IMG/VR virus record: IMGVR_UViG_3300032050_000035
Source: a virus
Lineage: Duplodnaviria > Heunggongvirae > Uroviricota > Caudoviricetes
Reading direction: 5' to 3' (one strand)
DNA length: 64,000 nucleotides
Shown here: piece by piece, positions 58,395-64,000 of the stretch
Layout: the number at the start of each line of letters is the position of its first letter
Numbering within the stretch: position 1 is the stretch's first letter
The notes under the pieces: generated by a model
Databases searched by the model: none
What the model was told of the DNA's origin: nothing
What the model saw: the letters and a program-made list of their open reading frames with translations, nothing else
Translations under genes and position numbers: made by a program

Positions 58395-58556
58395 TTATAT
58401 CTTTTCTTTGTGGTGGTCTCCAACCTTCAACCTTAATAAAACTCTCATCAAAAGAATATATCCAATTGACTTAACATCTTCATAAATATCACAAACCTTT
58501 TGTATATCAATATCTTCTTTCTTGAAGTAAGCTTCGTATAACTTTAAGTATCTCAT
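58395..58556 (-). CDS. small (53 aa) ORF missing from the ORF track, with leader MRYLKLYEAY and its own TTTAATATATAA motif
   Basis: translated by hand from the minus strand; preceded by the promoter-like motif and the 58575 terminator of the upstream gene. Confidence 0.35.
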   Translation of the reverse strand: MRYLKLYEAYFKKEDIDIQKVCDIYEDVKSIGYILLMRVLLRLKVGDHHKEKI

Positions 58557-58574
58557 TCATTATATATTAAATAA

Positions 58575-58603
58575 AAAAGTCCTGATTTTCATCAGGACTT
58601 TTA
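58575..58603. terminator. bidirectional hairpin terminator
   Basis: aaaagtcctgat-tttc-atcaggactttt with flanking A- and T-runs. Confidence 0.65.
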
Positions 58604-58604
58604 T

Positions 58605-59042
58605 TTAATTCGGATAAACATCTGATAGATTCATCATCACATCTAACTCCTCTCTATTTCGTTCTAACCAATTATTATAGAACTCGTGGAATGGACCACC
58701 TTCTTCAAACGAACTCTCGTCAATCTTTAAGAAACGATCTCCACTATATTTCTCACCTCTTTGTTTAGCAATGTAATACCTAACACACTCTAACGCCGCC
58801 ATACTGTTTTCTTCTCGCCAAACATTATAACCTTTTGATGGCATGTAAAAGATATTAGACTCTGGGTGACCTAATGAACCACCAGTATTCTCAGCCACGC
58901 AAAGACCTTCTTCGATTAAATCATCAAGTATCTTTGCGATTGTTGGACCACCAGCAACTTTAACAATTCCAGATGTTCCCTGACCTGTTAACTTTTGCGT
59001 TTCAATAAACGCTTTGTAAAATTCTTCTTTTGTATAACTCAT
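58605..59042 (-). CDS. hypothetical protein
   Basis: ORF. Confidence 0.45.
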   Translation of the reverse strand: MSYTKEEFYKAFIETQKLTGQGTSGIVKVAGGPTIAKILDDLIEEGLCVAENTGGSLGHPESNIFYMPSKGYNVWREENSMAALECVRYYIAKQRGEKYSGDRFLKIDESSFEEGGPFHEFYNNWLERNREELDVMMNLSDVYPN

Positions 59043-59045
59043 AAC

Positions 59046-59249
59046 TTATATTTCAACTACTTCAAATTCATTAACTGGAAAATCTCCATTCTCTGTGTAA
59101 ATAACATCATCATAACAATCTAGCATTTCTTCAGCATCTAATTTTCTACCAAATGTTATAAAAGCCTCTTCCTCAGGAATTAAAAAGGCACCACCCTCAT
59201 CTTCATATAAAAAGGTATTAGTGGGTTTGTGTTTAATTGCGTATCTCAT
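59046..59249 (-). CDS. hypothetical small protein
   Basis: ORF. Confidence 0.4.
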   Translation of the reverse strand: MRYAIKHKPTNTFLYEDEGGAFLIPEEEAFITFGRKLDAEEMLDCYDDVIYTENGDFPVNEFEVVEI

Positions 59250-59251
59250 AT

Positions 59252-59560
59252 TTATTTTTTAAATGATCTTATATGACTTAATAAATCTTGTACAAAATAA
59301 ATCTCAGATTGATGAAACCCATCAATCTCCAATATCTTCATAGACTTCTCTAAACTTCTTTCAAATATTCTATTGTAGAATAGTGCTTTCTCACCATCAA
59401 ACTTCTGATTGAACTTATTAACAGCATCTCTGATGTAATCACATTGCTTATAAAGTCTAAGTAATGAACCACTTTCTGATTCCTTAACTATGAATTCAGA
59501 TAACACCTCAGCAATGTTAACTAACTTCATGAAATTCTTATCTTTTAATAAATGTTCCAT
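59252..59560 (-). CDS. hypothetical protein
   Basis: ORF. Confidence 0.4.
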   Translation of the reverse strand: MEHLLKDKNFMKLVNIAEVLSEFIVKESESGSLLRLYKQCDYIRDAVNKFNQKFDGEKALFYNRIFERSLEKSMKILEIDGFHQSEIYFVQDLLSHIRSFKK

Positions 59561-59561
59561 C

Positions 59562-59807
59562 TTAATCAGTTAAACGACCAACCCAAGTTCCAATTAAAAC
59601 CCCTGATATGGCAGCAATCGCACCAGTCAACATTCTTGGCATAAATAAACCAGTTACAAACTCGATTGTGAAAATTGATGTCCATAATAAAAGACATAGT
59701 ATTATTACAACTAAAATACCCCTAAACCCTTTATCTGGTCCCTTTCCAATAAAATTTCTAATAAAATTTTCCATACTATCTATATAAAAATAAACAAAGA
59801 GAAACAA
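59562..59807 (-). CDS. small membrane protein
   Basis: two hydrophobic helices. Confidence 0.4.
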   Translation of the reverse strand: MFLFVYFYIDSMENFIRNFIGKGPDKGFRGILVVIILCLLLWTSIFTIEFVTGLFMPRMLTGAIAAISGVLIGTWVGRLTD

Positions 59808-59945
59808 ATATTACAGTGATTATAAATCCCCATAACAACCCATGTAGTGCTGTTATGAATATAAAGAATAAAAGACTACCTAAAATAGGTCTCAATTCCT
59901 TCAATAAAAATCTCTTTAGTTTCATATAACAAATATACTAAATTA

Positions 59946-59960
59946 TTTTAATATATACAC
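59946..59960 (+). promoter_or_regulatory. TTTTAATATATACAC promoter-like motif
   Basis: recurrent motif immediately before the 59962 start. Confidence 0.3.
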
Positions 59961-59961
59961 T

Positions 59962-60393
59962 ATGAAATATCTAAAACTATTTGAAAAATTCACTATTGAA
60001 GAACTCATTGAAAATAATAAAAAGGCTAATGAAATACTAGAAGATATTAAAAGTATATCATATATCATAGAAGATGAGGGATTTGATATTCAATATACCT
60101 TTCAATTCAGTAAAGATTGGAAACAATCATTTATAAATGTTGATGATTATAACACATCAAGAGATGCTGGTAGAGCTAGAAAAAAGATAAATGGAATTTC
60201 TTTAGTTATTCACAAAAATTCGATTGAGACATCTAAAAAAACTAGACTTGATTTTTCACCTTCTGATAATGAAATACTTAATAATTTTATTGTTCTTCTG
60301 AAAGAACACTTAGATTATATAGATGGAAAATCTATTCTAAGTGGGCGCGGTAATTTTAATAATTCAATGAGTATTTTAATTCAATTTGGTTAA
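59962..60393 (+). CDS. hypothetical protein with leader MKYLKLFEKFTIEEL
   Basis: ORF; leader motif. Confidence 0.5.
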   Translation: MKYLKLFEKFTIEELIENNKKANEILEDIKSISYIIEDEGFDIQYTFQFSKDWKQSFINVDDYNTSRDAGRARKKINGISLVIHKNSIETSKKTRLDFSPSDNEILNNFIVLLKEHLDYIDGKSILSGRGNFNNSMSILIQFG

Positions 60394-61106
60394 GAGTAGA
60401 ATTTATCAGAAAACACACTATAATTATTACCAACAGAATTATGATCGTTTATAACAGCAAAAACAACCTCTTTATATAAAGATGAATAACCTTCTTCAAC
60501 TAAAACCTTTCTAAATAATTCTGACATCACATGGGGATCATTCCCAAAAACACCACAACCAAAAGCTCCCAAAACCAAGTTCTCAACACCATGTTTAGAT
60601 GGGATAGTAAGCATCAATCTTATCTTTTGGAGTGTAATCTCTTCATAAGTCTCTTTATCATAACTACGACTGTTTAAGTTTATAGCAGCTATCGTAATAA
60701 TATCACACTCAACCGGTTCCATATCATTATAATCCTTATCTTTAAAGAATGTAGCATCTGATGTATAAAGACAAGTACCATCTTCTAATGGATAAAAATC
60801 TTCTACAATTGAATTGATTAAGTTAGAACATCTAAATAAACATTCTTCTTGAGCTCTGGCTCCATTACGAACTCCACCACCCGGTTTCTTATACGAAGCC
60901 ATATTCAAGCCACAAGTTTTACCAGACTTAGATAACTCTACAAGAGCAGATACCGTATCTAAATTAACGACCTTAACATTACCTTTATAAACTGATAAAT
61001 AAGGTCCAACTATCTCATTATTTGAATGTTGTGTTGTAACACCATCATTAAACTTCACGGACTTGATTTGAGTATCGTGAAATATCTCTACTAAATTATT
61101 TCTCAT
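60390..61106 (-). CDS. bacterial-type poly(ADP-ribose) glycohydrolase (DUF2263 macrodomain)
   Basis: PARG signature GGG-x7-QEE (KPGGGVRNGARAQEE) and diphosphate-binding loop GAFGCGVFGNDP. Confidence 0.75.
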   Translation of the reverse strand: MRNNLVEIFHDTQIKSVKFNDGVTTQHSNNEIVGPYLSVYKGNVKVVNLDTVSALVELSKSGKTCGLNMASYKKPGGGVRNGARAQEECLFRCSNLINSIVEDFYPLEDGTCLYTSDATFFKDKDYNDMEPVECDIITIAAINLNSRSYDKETYEEITLQKIRLMLTIPSKHGVENLVLGAFGCGVFGNDPHVMSELFRKVLVEEGYSSLYKEVVFAVINDHNSVGNNYSVFSDKFYS

Positions 61107-61108
61107 AT

Positions 61109-61408
61109 TTATAAATTATCTGGTTTAGGTGGTTGTTCACCTTCTTTTAAAATCCTATCTTTTGGTGGTGCAGGAACTGGATCACGCCCTTCTTTTATTA
61201 TCTGACTTCTTGGTGGTTTTGGTTTACTAATCTTACCATTAACATACTTAACAGCCTCAGGTCCTCTTGTTACAATAACCTCTTTGATACTATCGACAAC
61301 AGTATCCTCAATTTTACTTTTGAAAGAAACAATCTTCCAAATTAAAAATAATACAGCAATCGCAATAATTCCTAATACGACTACTAATGATATTAAAATT
61401 CCATTCAT
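61109..61408 (-). CDS. membrane-anchored Pro-rich small protein
   Basis: N-terminal transmembrane helix; PKPPRSQ..PVPAPPK. Confidence 0.4.
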   Translation of the reverse strand: MNGILISLVVVLGIIAIAVLFLIWKIVSFKSKIEDTVVDSIKEVIVTRGPEAVKYVNGKISKPKPPRSQIIKEGRDPVPAPPKDRILKEGEQPPKPDNL

Positions 61409-61413
61409 ATTTT

Positions 61414-61674
61414 TTATATTACACCGATCTTTTTAAGTTTAAAATCTCTTCTATCAGAAACCGTTCTAAATAATTTCTTTGGATAAGAACATCTGAGCAT
61501 TTGAGAACCCTTTGGTCCAGAAACATAATCATCAAAGTAAATTAAATATTGACCTTCGAGCCGAGGTGGGACCACTAAATCAGATACCTCTCTAAATTTA
61601 TACCACTTACCAACCTTCAAACTCTTGTAATAACCACAACCATTTGATACACACTGAACCATCCCATCTTTCAT
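61414..61674 (-). CDS. small protein ending ...RDFKLKKIGVI
   Basis: ORF; tail related to the ELGI motif. Confidence 0.4.
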   Translation of the reverse strand: MKDGMVQCVSNGCGYYKSLKVGKWYKFREVSDLVVPPRLEGQYLIYFDDYVSGPKGSQMLRCSYPKKLFRTVSDRRDFKLKKIGVI

Positions 61675-61713
61675 CCTAATATCTTTTTTAATTTACAAAT
61701 TCCGTATAATAAA

Positions 61714-62040
61714 TTAAATACCTAACTCCTCAAAATTCATTTCATCTAAAACCTCAATAGGAACCGGACTTCCATCCATTATCTTAGACAAAACTCCATA
61801 AACCCAACCACTGAAACCAGCATAACTCTCCTTGTGACATTTATAACAACTACCACTAGCTCCTATAAAGTAATAGTAATCACTATCAGATTCCACCTTA
61901 ACAATACCAGAGTTCATCTTCCAACGATCACTGCCGGCATAACCACCACGCCAACCACCGAAAACTCGATAGTAAACACCATCAACACCGTCAATTTTTA
62001 ATATAACCCAGTTCTCTGGGCTTTCAGTTACCACTCTCAT
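61714..62040 (-). CDS. small protein ending ...NFEELGI
   Basis: ORF. Confidence 0.4.
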   Translation of the reverse strand: MRVVTESPENWVILKIDGVDGVYYRVFGGWRGGYAGSDRWKMNSGIVKVESDSDYYYFIGASGSCYKCHKESYAGFSGWVYGVLSKIMDGSPVPIEVLDEMNFEELGI

Positions 62041-62336
62041 AACTTTGATATTTCTTCTTTTATACGTGGGAATAACAATTCATGATTTAAAACTCCCTTA
62101 ACTACTTCTCTCTTATATTCAATACTTGCTCGATATCCGGGTTGACTCCAAAATCTTCTTAGACCATAATTAACTTCTCTGAAAACATCAATTATATCAT
62201 CATACTCATCAATTAATACACGTAAAGGTATATCTTTAAACCTATCTTCTCTTTCACGAGCATAAGACGTAACATAATCAAAAATATAATTCACCTTTTC
62301 TTCTAAAGACTTTTCTCTTAACTCTTCTAATGTCAT
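62037..62336 (-). CDS. 99-aa protein, tandem paralog A
   Basis: shares MTLEELR...VKGVLNHEL(L/I)FPRIKEEISKL with the next gene; about 67 nt near-identical at the 3-prime ends. Confidence 0.5.
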   Translation of the reverse strand: MTLEELREKSLEEKVNYIFDYVTSYAREREDRFKDIPLRVLIDEYDDIIDVFREVNYGLRRFWSQPGYRASIEYKREVVKGVLNHELLFPRIKEEISKL

Positions 62337-62632
62337 AACTTTGATATTTCTTCTTTTATACGTGGGAATATCAATTCATGATTTAAAACTCCCTTAACTA
62401 ATTCATTTTTAAATACATTAGCACCTAATCGATACCAATCGGTATGATATTCAGCTGGTCTTAAACTCCTATTAACTTCTCTAATAGCATCAAATATATC
62501 CTTATATTCAACAATTACTCCACGGAAAGAAATATTTCTAAACTTTGGTCCCAATCCATGAGAGATAACGTAGTCACATATATAATCTACCTTTTCTTCT
62601 AAAGGACGATCTCTTAATTCTTCTAATGTCAT
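62333..62632 (-). CDS. 99-aa protein, tandem paralog B
   Basis: see previous entry. Confidence 0.5.
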   Translation of the reverse strand: MTLEELRDRPLEEKVDYICDYVISHGLGPKFRNISFRGVIVEYKDIFDAIREVNRSLRPAEYHTDWYRLGANVFKNELVKGVLNHELIFPRIKEEISKL

Positions 62633-63021
62633 ATTCCTATAATATTATTTAATTTTATTTCTCTTCTGATTGCTGGTAAATGTTTGTAAAACTCATCACC
62701 AAGATCGAGATCCCAAATAAACTTAGGTTTAATAGTTAAATTTACCTTACTAAGACCAGAACTCTCAAAACTTGTAATCTCTCCATGTATAACCCTATTT
62801 ACAGTATTTATTCTAATTCTAAAACATCTCAATACAATTAAATCAAACCTCTCATTTTGTTTAAAAATATTCTCAATATCATAAAACTCGTTAGTGCTAA
62901 AACCAGTATGTCTATTTACACCACTATAAGTTATGGAACCATCATCCAATAAAGTAAAGTAATCAAAATCAAATGAAAATGATTCAGCCTTATCCGATAA
63001 ACAAAATGTGATCTTATTCAT
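62629..63021 (-). CDS. hypothetical protein ending ...RREIKLNNIIGI
   Basis: ORF. Confidence 0.4.
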   Translation of the reverse strand: MNKITFCLSDKAESFSFDFDYFTLLDDGSITYSGVNRHTGFSTNEFYDIENIFKQNERFDLIVLRCFRIRINTVNRVIHGEITSFESSGLSKVNLTIKPKFIWDLDLGDEFYKHLPAIRREIKLNNIIGI

Positions 63022-63022
63022 A

Positions 63023-63484
63023 TTAAATCGACTTTAGAAAATCATCTAATGACTTATTACCCTTCTTACCATTACACTCACCACAACATGGAGTTATATT
63101 ACTAACATCAAACCTACCTCCTCCTCTTGATACAGGAACGATATGATCAATCGTAGCCTTTATACTTTCTTTGACACGCATCCCATCATACTCAATAACC
63201 AAATCTCCCTTACCACAATAAGTACACTTAATATCACCATCACGAGATAAAACACTCTCTAAATAACTTCTACTAAACTCAATACGTTTATTAATCAAAT
63301 CCATCTTCTCTATATAATCCACATCCATCTCCATTAAATATTTTCTTAATAAGATAGAAGATGCTAATGATTTACAATTACTAACATCAGATAATATTAA
63401 ATCCACCTCTTTTGTAGACCCCGAACTCGACTTCTTAACAAACTTTATCATATTATGTGTGTGATTATATACAAATATAATCAT
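63023..63484 (-). CDS. HNH endonuclease
   Basis: CTYCGK...IDHIVPVSRGGGRFDVSNITPCCGECNGKKGN. Confidence 0.7.
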   Translation of the reverse strand: MIIFVYNHTHNMIKFVKKSSSGSTKEVDLILSDVSNCKSLASSILLRKYLMEMDVDYIEKMDLINKRIEFSRSYLESVLSRDGDIKCTYCGKGDLVIEYDGMRVKESIKATIDHIVPVSRGGGRFDVSNITPCCGECNGKKGNKSLDDFLKSI

Positions 63485-63508
63485 TTAATAATTCTTTTCA
63501 AAGAAAAG

Positions 63509-64000
63509 TTAAATTGGTAGATTAACTTTATTTAAAAGTTGATTAGAAACGTGTGTATATATCTCTGTTGTTTTGGTGGATGAGTGACCTGCTATTTTCT
63601 GTATTATTCTTAGATCTGTTCCATTTTCTAAGAGGTTGGTAAAGGCTGAGTGTCTGAGGGTATGTATAGATGAATTTTCATCAATATATTTTTTATAGAT
63701 ATTTTGACAGGATTGTATTGAATATTTGTTTGTGGATTGACCATTAAAAAGATATTCTTTTGGTGTATATTTTTCTGAATATATTTTTATTAGATTTTGT
63801 ACGTTTTCTGAAAGTGGTACAATTCTATCTTTTTTACCTTTAGCATTTTTAATATGAATAATCATTCTTTTGGAGTCAATATCTTCTATTTTAAGATTTA
63901 TTATTTCGGAAACTCTTAAACCAACTGAATAGGTTAAAGTAAGTATAGTTTTATGCTTAAGGTTTTCTATTTTAGAAAGTTTAGATTTGATATAATCGCC
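63509..64000 (-). CDS. tyrosine recombinase/integrase, C-terminal catalytic portion (N-terminus lies beyond the window end)
   Basis: GLRVSE...DID (box I) continues open to the window edge; HTLRHSAFTNLLENGTDLRIIQKIAGHSSTKTTEIYTHV (box II with catalytic Tyr). Confidence 0.75.
   Translation of the reverse strand, partial: GDYIKSKLSKIENLKHKTILTLTYSVGLRVSEIINLKIEDIDSKRMIIHIKNAKGKKDRIVPLSENVQNLIKIYSEKYTPKEYLFNGQSTNKYSIQSCQNIYKKYIDENSSIHTLRHSAFTNLLENGTDLRIIQKIAGHSSTKTTEIYTHVSNQLLNKVNLPI

Noticed and set aside
1-64000. CRISPR arrays, rRNA or tRNA genes
   Set aside because: No regularly spaced direct repeats, no GC-rich structured RNA-like islands and no tRNA-like cloverleaf candidates were apparent by eye in the few intergenic gaps. 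tRNAs cannot be fully excluded without a covariance-model scan.
1-64000. Window as ordinary Bacteroidetes chromosome (because of infC, hup, clpP, purN, T9SS cargo)
   Set aside because: Gene density of short overlapping ORFs, multiple homing endonucleases, an intein, a T4-type dNMP kinase, NAMPT/PARG accessory genes, the missing canonical neighbours of infC, and the uniform phage-like promoter motif all argue for a large phage genome carrying host-derived auxiliary genes.

Overview
The window is AT-rich (about 28-30% GC), densely packed with short overlapping genes, and has no Shine-Dalgarno-like sequences. It reads as a segment of a large T4-like dsDNA phage infecting a Bacteroidetes (Flavobacteriia-like) host, not a bacterial chromosome. 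Host clues: one gene carries a type IX secretion (T9SS) C-terminal sorting domain, and AT-rich leader regions replace ribosome-binding sites. Phage clues: a T4 gene-1-like dNMP kinase, two GIY-YIG endonucleases, two HNH endonucleases, a T5orf172 protein, a LAGLIDADG intein, a tyrosine integrase fragment at the window end, and a 1840-aa repeat protein with tape-measure-like transmembrane segments. Recognisable products are guanylate-kinase-like kinase, J-domain protein, PurH N-domain (IMP cyclohydrolase) fused to a P-loop ATPase, Dam-family methyltransferase, Hc1-like and HU nucleoid proteins, PurN, ClpP-family protease, M50 protease, Nudix hydrolase, IF-3, a CCA/polyA-polymerase-like nucleotidyltransferase, HAD-like hydrolase, NAMPT, Prs-like PRPP-synthetase-family enzyme, SPFH protein, AAA-type ATPase and a bacterial-type PARG macrodomain. 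Three signals stand out. First, at least 16 otherwise unrelated proteins start with the same 12-residue leader (M-K-[YHW]-[IL]-K-x-[FY]-x-x-[FY]-E-S), reminiscent of the T4 capsid-targeting sequence; a ClpP-like protease lies nearby. Second, many small proteins in two minus-strand arrays end with the same peptide, R-[DE]-x-K-L-x-E-L-G-I. Third, an intein sits inside the Walker A motif of a kinase and is broken by one in-frame TAA. Also present: a Prs-like/NAMPT/Nudix/PARG gene set resembling phage NAD+ reconstitution modules, a recurrent TTTAATATATA promoter-like motif before start codons, near-identical terminator hairpins, and tandem gene duplications. No rRNA, tRNA or CRISPR array was seen by eye.
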